From contig OZ024750.1 in assembly GCA_964016885.1 (NCBI GenBank), forward strand, positions 17,732,001-17,796,000: a stretch of DNA of 64,000 nt, given 5' to 3'. Source of the DNA: Eledone cirrhosa (Eukaryota). Of the stretch, positions 1-14,260 are shown one piece after another (positions within the stretch are counted from its first letter, which is position 1; each line of letters starts with the position of its first letter). Below the pieces are notes generated by a model. It worked only from the letters and a program-made list of their open reading frames with translations, was not told the origin of the DNA and ran no database searches. A program made the position numbers and the translations under genes.

Positions 1-56
1 TATCTGATGAAAGCGCACCATAATTTGCCTTGGTGACCCTTGAAATATGTATAATA
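1..56 (+). ncRNA. Minimal type-I hammerhead-ribozyme-like motif (Penelope-like/retrozyme type), cut by the window edge
   Basis: tat-CTGATGA-[aag...cacca loop tggtg...ctt]-GAAA-T(atgt)A-TA-ata. Both catalytic boxes and all three stems are present. Confidence 0.6.
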
Positions 57-120
57 AAATAAATATGGTTTTATAAATATAGTTTCCATTTATTAATATA
101 TATGTATGTATGTATGTGTG

Positions 121-124
<4 letters not shown>

Positions 125-207
<83 letters not shown>

Positions 208-213
208 AGAGAG
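125..213. repeat. (GA)n microsatellite
   Basis: Seen directly. Confidence 0.95.
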
Positions 214-974
214 CATGCACGTATGTATATATATACAAGTCAGATGATTAATAACAATTGTTACTCATATTTGTATATAGAAACATATTTAAACTACATT
301 TTTACTTATATTATTGAATCTAATTAAATAGAGAACCACCACCCTCGTTATTAATTTAGTGTTTAGAACTTAACTTTACATGGTTCTTACATAACATTAT
401 GAAGGTAGGTTTTTAAATATATATAAAAATTTTAACATAAACACATAAACAGTCTTCTATTGTAAAACCAGGGCTGTTTGGGGGCATTTGGTACCAAAAA
501 AGTTTAAACAAAGTCTTTTATTATAGAACCAAGGGCTGGTTTCAGGTGGTTTGGTATCAAAAGGGTTAAAACAAAGTCTTGTAATGTAGAACCAGCACTC
601 ATTTCAGATGGTTTGGTATGAAAAGTATTAAACGTATAATAGACTTTGTCAGGTGCAACATAGCACTGACAAAGAGTCATAAATTGTTGTCCTGTTTAAA
701 TATATTTATGAAAATGCAACTACAAACACTATTATGTTAACAGCTGATTTAATGTTAAGACACAGCTGATAAATTCCGACCTCACACACTTACACCTCTC
801 CAAGACAATGTCACTGGACCGAGAGCTTTGGCGGTACTCAGTAATAGAGAAGACCCGCGTTACCTAAATACAAAGTAAAACCTACTACAGTCAGTAGGCA
901 TCTCTAACAAAATACACCCCCGTCCCACCACCCACACCACCCCCACCCCATCCACACCGTCCCTTTCAATGTAA

Positions 975-1268
975 AGTTATGTTGGTGCCACAAAATCCAG
1001 GCCGAAACAAATGAGATCGTGTAGGTGTAGAAAACCTGCCAGACAGTCCACGCTGTAATGTGGCCGTGTAGGCAACACGGTAAAAACCTCCCAGCCCCAC
1101 ACTGTAAATGTGGTTGGTGTTAGGAAGGGCATCCAACTGTAGAAAACCCGCCAGACAGTCCTATGCGAGCAAGACAACCACTCTTGCCTCAAGTGGGAAA
1201 ACTCCCGTCCAAACCCATGCAAGCATGGAACACGGACGTTAAACGATGATGATGATGATGATGATGAC
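975..1268 (+). mobile_element. Older SINE 3' region with (GAT)n tail (many decayed relatives, e.g. 5118-5390, 18074-18241, 22640-22822, 24660-25105, 55782-55985)
   Basis: Shared tggttggtgttaggaagggcatccagctgtagaaa and catgc(t/a)agcatggaa..ggacgttaaacgatgatgat. Confidence 0.7.
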
Positions 1269-3089
1269 ACAGACTAAAGAACTTCAAGTGTAGGAGGCTG
1301 ATTTGGAAGCAATACCAGAAATACTATAAACTACACAATTATGTAATATAATACAGTGTATACACTAGCTTGTACTAAACTATACGATTATGTAATGTGG
1401 CACATTTAGTGGAAAATATTAGCTTGTACTAAATTATAGAATTATATAACACTGTAAATATAGTCTGAAAGACCCTTCTAGTACTGGTGCCATGATAGAA
1501 TGCACCCACTACACTCTGTAAAGTGGTTGACATTAGGAAGGGCATTCAGTTGTAGAAACCATGCCAAATATGGAATGTATGAACAAAAGATGCCCCCGCT
1601 CCCAATACATCTATTCTTAGACCATGGCAACCCATCTAACCTATGCCTGCATGGAAAGCATACGTAAAAGGATGATGATAGTGTAAACACTAACCTCTGT
1701 ACTAATCTATAAAATTGTGTAATGTAGTACATTTAGTGGTAATATAATTTATATAGGGTATATAACTAGGTTGTGCTAAATTATCAAACTACATTTTTGG
1801 TACATATAGTGCATATATTATAGGTTGTACTAAATTCTCAGAGTTCAAATTGGAGGTCAACTTTACCTTTCATGTTTGAGGTTGATAAAAAAGAAAAAAA
1901 AATGCCACTCCAGTACTAGTCAATTCTTCCTCTATCATTTCTAGCACTCTCTCTTTCTCTCCTTCTCTGGAAGACTTTGTGTTCAGACCTGGAGAGGGAT
2001 GACCTCCAAGTTTAAATGTCCAAGACACGCACTATGTCACTATAATACCCTTGTGATTTCTTCAGGAGTTATGGGTCCATACATACACTAAACTATAAAA
2101 TGAATATAATACATTCAGTGGCAACATAATATATATAGTGTAAATACTAGTTGTACTAAATTATAAAATTTCACATGGTACATATGTATATAATAAATTG
2201 TACTAAATCATAAAATTACATAATATTTAGTGGAAAATATTAGGCTGTACAGAGTTTTTAATCTTATTTTCTTTGTACCTTCTAAGATGAAATCATCCAT
2301 AATATGATCACAGCAGAGCCTCTCTCAAGATGGCATAACTGGGGAGGTGGAGAGCTGAAAATGGGGATTGGCCAAATTAAATTGGATCTTGAGCAAATGT
2401 CTCGACTTAACATATATAGTGTCTGCCATTGGAATTGTGACTGGCTAATAATGTGTGTTGGGTGTCTGATTGACATGCATGGGCAACATCTGATGATGAT
2501 GTGGATTCCCTGACTGGAGCTGGCATATATATCCAGGGTGAATGAAGGCTTTTGGAACCCAAATTGTAATTAAATGTTCTAAGGCCATTTTCATAGTTAA
2601 AGCAAGGGCTAGCCATGTGAGACCCATGGCAGTCTTCTCTATACTCATCATGGTTCCTTTTTAAAGGCAGGATGCCCATCTTGATGCCATCCCTTTTAGC
2701 TGTCTCCTACAATATGCTGGGATACAGTGTACCTATTCTAAAACTAGGGAGACATAACTTCTAAAAGTATATCCTTATTCACTAAGTCAACAATAAATTT
2801 GCCTTTTATCCTTTTGGGACTGATAAAGTATCAGTTGAGGACTGTGGATTAGCAGAATTTTTAGCACTGCAGACAGGGTGATAAGAGATATCAGTTCCAG
2901 CTCTGTGAATTCCAAGTTCAAATACTGTCTCCTGTCACAGGGTAGGACTAAAGCCCTATCATTAAGAGACTCAAGAACACTTCCTATGTGGTGCACTCTT
3001 ATTATAGGAGGCTGGTTAAACCTACATGAATGTGAGCCATAACACTAAAGAGACTATGTGTAGTTAGCATTAATCAGTTGAAATGTTAG

Positions 3090-3453
3090 TTAACCCCTTT
3101 GATACCAAACCATTCCTGGTTCTACAATACAAATCAGTTTCATGGTGTTTATATTTTCTTAATAACAACAGAGTTAGTTAAATGATTAAATCCTGCCAAA
3201 TTCTTTACTATTTTCAAAATTATTTGAAAATCTAAGACAGTGCCTTTCATTAAAAATATTGTAATGAAAAGGTTAAAGTGTTACTATTCATCTAAAAATC
3301 TTCCCTTAAAATTTTATGTAAGAACCTTTGTTAAATTATTCTCCTAACACTAGCTTCATAGAAAGTTATATTACTACATCCCTCCAAACTGTTTATTATC
3401 AAAATTATTTGAAAATCATAGACAGTATCTTTCATTAGTAATGGAAGGGTTAA
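3090..3453 (+). mobile_element. Older TTAA/CCCTTT-ended element, family B (related copies at about 330-632 and 31170-31473, fragments near 53894 and 58545)
   Basis: Starts ttaacc(c)ctttgatacc and ends taatgaaagggttaa. The ends are often tandemly duplicated. Confidence 0.55.
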
Positions 3454-4489
3454 AGTGTAAGATTTAGGTTAGTTATTAACAATTTTTATCAATACAATCA
3501 ACAGAATGAAAATATATGGCAAATATTGGATTTTATTGCTTATGAATGGGTATCATAAATCTGAGGTCACATCTGGAAACAAACACACACAACCAGACAA
3601 ATTCACATAAACTCCAGCTCTCTCTCTCTCTCTTTCTTGTATGAAGGGAAAACTGACATAAAATGATAATTATGATATATCTTTCCTACATATGTCTTTA
3701 TGTTAGTTTAGAACAAAAAAAAACAGTAAAACATTATCTGAGGTTGAATATATATAAACATATCAGCAGACATGACAACTGTGATATTATATATATATAT
3801 ATATATTAAACAGATTAAAGTTTAAGCAAAGAATCGCTCCTTACACATATATATATATATATACACACACACACCATCATCACCACTGTTTAATGTCTAT
3901 ACACTTGCCTGGGTTAGATGGGTTATCACTTTCTGTGACAAGTCATGTCAGGTGACAAGGTTTTGCTCATACAGATCTGTAATTTGGCTTGGTTTCTATG
4001 GCTGGATGCTCTTCCTAACACCAATCATATTACAGCTGGACTGGGTGATTTATTTTCAGGTCACCAGCACAACCATCCTACAGGGCAGACTGGGCATTCT
4101 TTGTCATGTCACTAACATGACCACCTTATGGAGTGGATTGAGTGTTTTTTTTTTCTCGTGTGACCAACATGACTACCTTACAGGATGGACTGGATGCTAG
4201 TGCTGTTGTGGCACTTGATCACTACACAGGGTGAACTTCGTGCTTTTTTGTCATGGCTACAGCATTGTGGGAGATATGAATTAGAGCATGTTCAGCTTTC
4301 ATGTGTGGGTTGGGCAGCAGAGGTGTATCAGGGATGGAGAGTGATTGGAGAATAAGTAAGTTCAATATGGGTGAGGTGCATGGGGGGAGTATTAATCCTG
4401 CGGAAGGTGAATGGGGAGAGGTAAATAGTAGACCGGTGCAGACTAGTGTCTTCTACATGTTTGTTTCATCCTGTGCACATGGGAAGGTG

Positions 4490-4790
4490 GTCTTCTGCAG
4501 TACAGCATAACACCAGGTCTCTATACTGTGTCATTCCTTTGTGAGGTTTAATTGGGTAACGTTAGCTTTTATCACTGCCTCCCAAGGTTTCACAAGTCTT
4601 CCTCTTCCATAATTTGTCGACTTTGAGCACCCTGTACCTTTTTATACAGCTGTCATCTACTATGCACGTAACATGTCCATACATACCACCATCTCCTCTC
4701 CTACACAATGCATCTTATCCCTCTTATGCCTAATTTCTCTCTCTGTTCATTGACGCTTTGGTGTTCATGCATAATACTATATTGCACATC
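4490..4790 (-). mobile_element. RTE-clade LINE 3' fragment
   Basis: Minus strand reads REKLGIRGIRCIV..ERR..W..GHV...DDSCIK, a degenerate RTE C-terminus. Confidence 0.6.
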
Positions 4791-5543
4791 CAAGTTTCAA
4801 GAGATATAAGACTTACAAGAGATAACTCCATCCCATAGGTGAGGTTCATACCATACCAATTGATACATTACAAATTACAAACGCAATCAAAAGCAACAGC
4901 AAAGCAGAAGCGGTATTAAAAATAGTATATCAAAATGTCGTACTTCCGTATATTCATTAATTAACAGACATATGATTAACGATATGTAGTGATGGACAGA
5001 TACCCTGTATGTATCATTGTATGGCCCACTGCTCTACATTGAAACATATGTAAAATTAAAAGTATGATTTAAATATAACTTGGTTCTTCTCTCTCTATTA
5101 ATATATATATATATATATCATCGTTTAACATCTATCTTCCACGCTAGCATGAGTTAGACTGGAATTGTCCCACTTGAGGCAAGATTGATCAGGTGACCGC
5201 GTCTCACTCGTATAGGACTGTATCTGGCACAGCTGGATCCCCCTCCTAACACCAACCACATTTACAGTGTGGACTGGGAGCCTTTTTACCGTGTCTCTCA
5301 CACGACCACTTTACAGCGTGGACTGGGTGCTTTTTGTTGTGACATCTACACAACCTCTTTAGTGTGGACTGGATGTTCTGTGGTACCAACATAACTTTAC
5401 TGAGAAAGGGTGGTAGGGTGGAAGTGGGAGGACGGAGTAGGGGTAGTGGGTTGGGGTGTATATTTGGTTAAGAGGTGCCTACTGACTCTAGGTTTAACTT
5501 TGAAGACAGGTCTTCTGTATTACTGCGTAGCGCCAAACATCAC

Positions 5544-5579
<36 letters not shown>

Positions 5580-6558
5580 TAGGGTCCACTCAGTTGTTGA
5601 CTGGTAGACTTATTGTCACTTGGTTTAAAAATACCACATGGTCCTCAGCTGGGACACCTATCTATTGCAAGCTTAACTCTGTTACTGTTGGGGCTCATTT
5701 TTACTGCTGAGCTGACTGGAGCAATATGAAGTAAAATATCTTGCTCAATGATGCATACTGCCCAGGAATTGAATCCCTGGCCTTATAATCATGGATTCAA
5801 CACCTAAATTATTAGGTTGGAGGCCTCCACAGTTAAATCTATACAGGTGTGAACCACAACAACAGCAGATGAAAGGAATGTCCCACTGTATAAGCCCATA
5901 TATGTGTGTAAGAGACTATAAACCTAATTTGAGACTGCAGTTTTCTCAACACATGTATGGGCTGATATGTGACCTAATAGTAGTAGCAACAGTGGCTTTT
6001 CAAGATAATACGAAGTGGTTCTCTCACATCACTGTAATATCTTTGTGTCATGAGTATAGTACAGACAAACTATACATGTTCTACAGAAATCAGAGGAAAG
6101 AATCAGTGAATGAGAAATTACATTTTAGGAGACCATTTAAAATTAGTGGGCGTGTGAGAAACTATATTATAGCACTTCACCTGACATTATAGGACTGGGG
6201 TCCTGTATTATTGAAATACCCATGTAGACTCCTACATGATGTGACCTTGTGAGAATCTGGTTAGACATGCAGAGGTGTGAGCTGTTAATTTTATTTTCAT
6301 TTCATACTTGAAAATGGTAGGTGAATCAGTAATTATATTATAGTACATGAGGTGAAACTGGTGTGACAGAAGGTACACCAGGATATACTGGTGGATCAGA
6401 AACCATGTTACAGTACATCACTTGATATTGATGTGACAGAAATTAAGTTACTATGCACCAAATGATATTGGTGTGTGTGGTATGACAGAAGCTGTATCAC
6501 AATATAACATCTGATATTGGTGTGAGAGAAACTATGTCACAGTACACTTCTTAACCAA

Positions 6559-6749
6559 CCCTTTAGCATTTAAACCGGCCAGAATTCTCTCACCTCTTTC
6601 TGTTCAAACGTAACTTCCAACTCATACTGATGTTAAGGTATTGTTCTCAAAATAAATAATATCAAAATCTCATAGATTCAATATTATATGAGGTAAAGCT
6701 TTTACTGAAAATATAGCAGTAAATACAGATTAATGTAAATGCTAAAGGG
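6559..6749 (+). mobile_element. piggyBac-type MITE, family A
   Basis: TIR CCCTTTAGCATTTA...TAAATGCTAAAGGG with TTAA on the right. Inserted into a ~40-bp minisatellite. Confidence 0.8.
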
Positions 6750-9700
6750 TTAATATTGGTGTGTGACAAAAACTGTGACAGGACACCTTGCGATATTGAT
6801 GTGACAGAAACTATATTAGAGAATTTCATCTGAAATTCATGTATTTTATCCTCTTTATATGTGAGAATATGCATCAACATTTTACACCTGCTTTCTATGC
6901 TTGCCTGGGTCCAGGAAGCTGTCACAACCTGAGACAAACAGGTTGGAGTAGGAGGGAGAAAACATTGTGCTCATATGTTCCATTTTTAATATAGCCTCTA
7001 TGGTTGGAGACTCTTCTTAATACTAACCACTTTACAGTCTACTGTGTGTATTTTATCATGACACCAGCACTATCCACTACACCCAGTAAAATGATATGTG
7101 TTGGTGCCACAATTAAATGCAGCCAGTTAGTTCACTCTGTAAAGTGGTTCAGTTGGAGGCATAACAAATTGCACCCAATACATTGTAAAGTGCTGGTACT
7201 GTAACTAAATGCACCCTGTACACTCTGTAAAGTGGTAGTGGTGGTGCCACAATAAAATGTAATCATCATCATTTAACAGACGATAAATGACAGATTTACG
7301 TTATTTTCTGTTTCATTGTTTCATTGTATACAAAACGTGATTTATTCACATATAAATTGTATTGTCATTGTGTACAAATTATGCTTTGTGTGTATATGTA
7401 TGTATGTATGCATGTAATGTCATATGTGTGTGTGTGTGTGTTATTGTCATTGTGTACACGTTTAATTATTTCATGGTATCTAAATGAAAGTGGCATTTTT
7501 TCCTAATCAAAATTGTGCCTGCTTCTATTCACAACACACACACACACCAATATATGCCCTTTACACACACACACACAGTGCCAACCATTTTAAAAGCGCT
7601 AAGTGCTGTTTGTAAATGCGTAGAAAGTAGTAGTAATAGTAGTAGCCATAGTAGTAACAGTGAAGGTAAACGTAGTTATTAGTGTTGACAAATAAAAACA
7701 AAAAAGAAATCAATTAAGGTATTTAATGAGAAATATTAAATAAGAAAATAGATGTGATTAACATAGATATATTTACAGCAGGAAGAATTTGGTTGGTTAA
7801 TTATATTTATACACATTTTAAAGGATATTTTTCTGTAAACCTTCCCAAAGTGGACAGAGATACGTCAACTTGACTGGAAAGACAAAACATACCTCATTCA
7901 CCTAGACACTATATATTAACCTAATTAAATGAACAGCAAGCAATAAATATATTTTTATAAAATAGGAGAGAAGTAATTTAATGTGATAAACACTTGAAAG
8001 TGTAAAGTGCTTTATTTATTTATTTATTTTTTTTTTTTTTAATGAAATATTCCTAATTACAGACAGCACTAGAGGCATGGGTGCGGGCAGCAGCACTCCC
8101 ACCACAACTAGGAAAATCACCAACCCACCATCGCCACCACCAACGACATGAATGCAACTGCGTGCACTAGGGCCACCTCCCAACTACACTAAGACTAACA
8201 CAACAGCCTCCACCGCCACCAACAATCCCAAGACCACCATCACCACTAAAACCACAAATGCCGAGAATTTGGTTAAAAACAATATACACACACTATTAGA
8301 TATCCATTCTTTACGTATAAAATTGGTCTCTTTTGGTTGTTATTCTCTCTCTATAACAACATGGGAAGAGAGTAATTCTAGTGGGAAGACCATGGAGGAA
8401 ATTCATTTAAGGGGGACTTAGTAGTAAAACGGTTGGGAACCCTTGTATTAAGTAGGTTCCTTTTGGTAATGATTGACCATGGTTTTAACCTGCAAAGCTC
8501 CTCATCAGAAACGCAAATATAGACACGGTCTTGGCTCTCTATGACATCAGTGTCCAAAGGAAAGGTAAATACGGAAACAGCTTGGTACCAGTGTCGTCGC
8601 AGGCGAACGACATCCCCCAGGACAGGATGCCAGTCCGTTCCAGTGTTAATCCTCTACCACTATGTGAAATAAAGTGTCTCGTTGAAGGACACAACGCGCT
8701 GCCCGATCATGGAATAGGGCTCAGGGCCTTACGATCGTGAGCCAAAGACCCGAACCATTCGACCGCGCACCTTCGGGAACCACACTGCATTAAAACAATA
8801 AAAGTTGTGATGTTGTATGTAGACTTTTTACACATATGAAGTTTAAAATTTGGAAATCAATTTATTCGAGCAATGTGTTTAGAACAACATTGTGTGACAT
8901 GGGGGAAAATTGGCTGTTATTTCACGTTTAAGATCACATGGAGTGATATGAAGGAGATCTGGCTGTTATTTTCAGCAGGAAGAGTGACTCCATGGTGACT
9001 TCCTCCTTGCTTGGGCGAAAACGGAAGTTATTGCCAATTGAGCAAACTTATAACCAAAGACGTTCCAGCCATGACCATCTGTTTGTCATACTATATCTAA
9101 TACATTACATTATGTTATGTAGACTTAGATATCATTTTGTAACATGGAAGGATTTGGGGGAAATGTTACTCATTCTAGTAAATCAAGCGACTCCATAGAA
9201 GCTCTTAAGACAAATGAAACCTCCCCTCAGTCATTTCTGATGGGAGGCAGCGGATTATTAAATATCCGAGAACCTTAAATTAATATTTAACTAATTATAA
9301 CTGATGTTAGCATTGGTTTTGAGTGACCATTTGGGTCTGAAACCCTCCCGAAATGAACATTCACTTGAAACGGAAGTAACTAAACGATGTCTTTAAAGTT
9401 TTTATCTTTTTACATAGAACTTCAAAGAAGGACTTAAAACACACAGGAAGAATTAGACAGTGTTCTCTCTCATTACAAACTATATCATGTCATTATTTTC
9501 CTCCTGGCTACTAAAACCCAGTAAATATATAAATGATTGTTATAAAACTTATGAAACGTGGCGTTATATTACAAACCAGAATTTTTACTTGACACCACTC
9601 ACCACACTGAAATATTTGTCTACCTTACTCTTTTATAACCAATTAACTTTTAAATTCAGTAAAATCAAAATAACCATTTATTTATTTGTTAATCCATTAT

Positions 9701-11397
9701 CTAATTAATTATTAGACTGCCTTTTTATTTAGTTTCACTGTTAAAAATGAAATAAAACTTGGACTCCACCGGAAATGATAAATTTGTTCCTCGGGTACAA
9801 AATTAGTTCAAAGACATCTAATCGAAACTTCATTGGGGGAATATTTGGTTGTTATTTCTAAGTCAAGGTGATTTGAGGAAGAGTTTGGCAGCTGTTTTGG
9901 GCTTGTCAAAGTAGGGTGTAATTTGAGAAAGATTTGACCGCTGTTTCTAGCAGGTCAAACAACCACACAGAGAAAGCTCCCTAGAAGGATAAAAGCTATA
10001 GTGGGGCTGGAGATCCAAAGGATCGAATCTACTACAACGCTATTAAGTCATGTGGCACCTCCTATATCCCAGCTGCCTCCTTCACTGATCTCAGCAGAGA
10101 GGAACGAAAGTAAAAACTGCTAGCCAATTTACTCTGACGCCCCCTAACGTTTCTGTCTAACCACTGAAGAATAAACGTTTAACCTGCTAGAAATAATAGC
10201 CAATCCCTCTAGTCAAACCCATTTTGTTTCAAAGAGGTCACATGCGACAGTGTAGTCCTCATGCACATCTCTAAAATAACACAGGGTGGTCACAGTTGGA
10301 ATGCCTTTAATCATCTGAATTGATCTGGAGCTTAACAACAAACACTGAAGATCTAGAAATAGTAACCAAACCCTACCAAAACCACGCTCTACCTCGACAT
10401 GCTAGAAAAAGCACCTAAATCCCCCTCTCCAAAAAATTACATCCTACCTTATTTATATCTCGTAACTTAGCGGTTCGTCAAATAAATAACGATGAAATAA
10501 GTACGTAAAAAGCTAGAATACAATGTTCTATAATAATAACTGAACACAAAACAACGTAGAAAATAAACAAAGCAGTTGACTTAGGGAGCAATGGGAAAAT
10601 TGAAATGTGTGCATCCTAACATAAATGACCATAATAGCAGTCGAGCACTATAAACAATAGTAGAGAAAATCAGGTAAAGTGCCCCGAGGGACGAGAAAAG
10701 TGGACAGTAGTACCTGCGAGAATTTGAACAACCGCATCACGATTCCTTGCAAGGGCCTCTCTCCCCTTTTTTTTTCCATCTCAAGGGGTACTTTACCCGA
10801 TTTTCTCAACTATTATTTATACTGATCGACTATTATTGAGGTCATTTGCATTAAGACGCACACATTACATGTTAGAAATGTATTGTTTATCTCACCTGTA
10901 ATGTTGAGAAATGTCTGTCGTTAAATTTGTTCTCGACATAACGTAAAATCAGCGATGTTTTGCCTACACATCCCTCCCCTAATAATACAATCTTGAAGGA
11001 ATAGTTAGAAGCATTTCCATGTCCACCCAGGCCACTGTTGGCCATCCTGTACCCTTACGAGGAGCTTAAACTCCCTATATACACACACAGATAAATATAT
11101 AGGTATACAGATGTTATGTGTGTGCTGTTTGCGTGATGGTGTAATTTTTTCGATGTGTGTATATATATGTGTGTGCGTTGGAGCTATTGTATTTGCATAT
11201 ATGTATGTATATGTATTGACTATCAGTATGTTGTAACCGTGTATCCGTATTTAGTAGAGTGAAACGATGAATGGGCGAAAGAGGCAAAGCAACAACATCA
11301 GTGTATAGTAATAATCCGTATAGCCATAATAATAATCTTGCAGTCTGTTAAAATATGTGAGAGAAACAGGTTGTTTGTGGTTAGTCTGCTTTCTTCT

Positions 11398-11433
<36 letters not shown>

Positions 11434-11630
11434 AGTAATGGCTGGTCTCAGTGTAGAGATAACAGACGAGATTATAATACTACACTGACATTACAGTCAG
11501 TATGTCAGAGGAAGAAGACAGTCAGTGTATGTATACACATACATATATATATATATATTACTATACTGCTATATTATATTAATAGTGTGTAACAGACGAC
11601 AACACCAACACCGTACAATGGCTCTGTCGA

Positions 11631-11638
11631 TGACGTCA
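11631..11638. promoter_or_regulatory. Perfect CRE palindrome TGACGTCA about 650 bp upstream of the ATG
   Basis: Exact motif inside a locally CpG-retaining region. Function is untested. Confidence 0.35.
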
Positions 11639-12283
11639 TTAGTCACGAGGACACAATTCTGGAGAGGAACAGGAAACAAATATTAAAAAATCCTTAAAAT
11701 TTACAAATAATATATATATTTCGTCGAATATTCTTCCTACTTTTTTTACTAATATATTTTTTGAAATTTATCTTTCAACAAAATAAAAGCATTTGACAAA
11801 AATATAAATGTTGAACCGCTTAGACTAAAGAAAAATGCAATATACCCCACCCATCTCCCAATCCCCTAGTACAGTATTATGATCAGTGTTAAGATGACAA
11901 CACAGGAAAATATAGCTATCACGGAAATATTATTTTATATTTTCATTGATATGTAGGATGCTTTATCGGAATATTAAATCTTTTTTTCAGTATTTTGTCT
12001 GACTGACTGGTACTATTTCATTAACTAACTAAATATAATATATATATATTTATAGTTAATAATTAATTAATTATTAATAATTAGTAATGTATTAATTGTA
12101 AATTTAAATTAAATTATGTATATATGTAAATTATGTCATTGCAACTTTAGTTTCGGAGAAAGACCGCTTATAACATAAACAAAGCCACGCTTAACATTTA
12201 TCTCACCCTCTTACCATTTCATTTTTACTCCCTCCCTCTCATTGTATCTTATAAAATCCCAAACAGTTGCCTGTCACATCAAT

Positions 12284-12301
12284 ATGGCATCTTCCGATAA
12301 G
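12284..12301 (+). CDS. TBC1D15: TBC1D15 exon 1 coding part (MASSDK)
   Basis: ATG GCA TCT TCC GAT AAG|gtaagc is a strong phase-0 donor matching exon 2, in a CpG-retaining region. Confidence 0.78.
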
Positions 12302-13283
12302 GTAAGCGGCTATTAACATCAGTCATTTACAGGGGCTGGCTAGGTGGTTGTTCCTTTTTGTTTTCGTCGGTCTTAACCCAACCTTTATTGGAGAAGAAAT
12401 GTTTGTGTAAGAAGGGAAAACATGTCTGTATATACGAAGCAGTGTATTTAGGAACACAGTTACATATCAATCAATAAAAGTACCTTGCTATTTGCATTAC
12501 ATATACAGCAGTTACAACGCCTTGTGCGCGACAACGCCTTGTGCGCGAGTCCCGCCTGGCTTTGCCACGCAACACACGTGTTGATTATTTACTTTCAACC
12601 GAACCCTTCCACACCTGAATATAATAACACTGCGTAAATTGTTCATTTTTAAAGTAAACTTTCAGTTTTGTTTATTCGATGTCTGTTAAATAACTCTGTT
12701 GACAAATCTGAGTGTTTTCTGTGGGTGTGTTAAAACTAAATTAATGTTCGTTTTATTCAGTCTTGGTATGTAAACGTAAAATAGAAATATTCATCTATAG
12801 TCTATTAGATTAATTTTTATATTTGTACATCATATATTTTTAAATACTTGTATGTCTGTATACACAACTATAATCTTTAGAAGTTATTATTCAAGAACCA
12901 CGAAAATATTGAAAACATTGCTCCAATCCCCTTCTGATTGTCAAACGAAGTTAATGCATTGATTACTCATCATATCGTGTAATATTTACATTTATTCCGG
13001 ATGTCAGAGTTATCTATTATAAAATAACGATTTTTTTTTTTTTCTCACAAGGCCACACAATAGCCTAATTATCTCATATTCCAATATACATGATTCATAA
13101 CTGAACTGCAAGGTTTCAGAAGTTTGTACATATATATATCTATAATCTTCATACTGGAAAGATTTTTTACTCAGGTAATAGTTCAAATTTATCTTTAATT
13201 TTATACCACAATACACCAATATTATATATATATATTATGATTAATATATATTATGATTAATATATATATATATATATATTAAG

Positions 13284-13353
<70 letters not shown>

Positions 13354-14088
13354 CTTAAGACTTTTACTTTTGTAATATTTGAAATTTATCTTAAATCTTA
13401 CAACATAACAAAAATATTATGTATATAAATATTTCTTTAATAAGTATTAATTAGTTAATCTTGTTTCCTGAAGTTGTTTTGAACACTTTTTTTCTCTGAA
13501 ACGTAATGAAAATATTCAAAGTAGGTGGGAGAAATCTCCATGCAGCAGGTGCGTGTGTAAATTCTTTATATTATCCCTGGCTGTTATATTAATGACTGGC
13601 TTAAGTAGGTATTTTAACAAAAATGACGAGATTTCTCTCTCCTACCAACTTAACTACGTACTTAGTCTCGCTTGTTAATTATTATATATATATAAATATA
13701 TATATATATAGTGTGTGTGTATAATACACAATAAACTCTTTGTCCTAATCGTGTGTTTACAGTAGCTAGCCTATATATGTATATATAATATCTTAATTCA
13801 ACAAACAGCCAGGTTTTGCTGGCTTTGTTTTTATTATTTATTCCCTAGTAACGTAGGCTAAGTGATTGCTGTCCATTCTTTTTATTAGAGAAGTTGTATT
13901 ATTAATTACTTCAAACGTGTAATTAATCTAATAAGTTTAGTTAATCATTCTTGTAATTATTATGTAACTTCTGACCATAACCTCTTTTTCAGTGTGGTAA
14001 CTTGACCTGCTAGAAATAGCAGCCAAGTTTCCTTAAGATCATATTGACATATATTTAAATATTTGTATATAAACATTATATATATATA

Positions 14089-14260
14089 TATCATTCCACT
14101 GCAAAGTGGTCGTGGAGGTGCCACGGAAAAAAAAGCACCCAGCACTCACTGTAAATGAGGTTGGTGTTAGGAAGGGCATCCAGCTGTAGAAATCAAGCCA
14201 GAATCAGTTCCCGTCCCACCCTTGCAAGCAGGGAAAAGCGGACGTAAAATGAAATGAAAT
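14089..14260 (+). mobile_element. 5'-truncated copy of the young SINE
   Basis: 3' half only, embedded in (TA)n. Confidence 0.8.

Noticed and set aside
2282-2996. Overlapping short ORFs in non-repetitive-looking sequence
   Set aside because: No recognisable domain or consistent splice structure. Probably decayed TE sequence.
11115-11345. Minus-strand frame TARLLLWLYGLLLYTDVVALP.. resembling a signal peptide
   Set aside because: No in-frame ATG, it runs into microsatellite-like sequence and a stop, and I recognise no homology.
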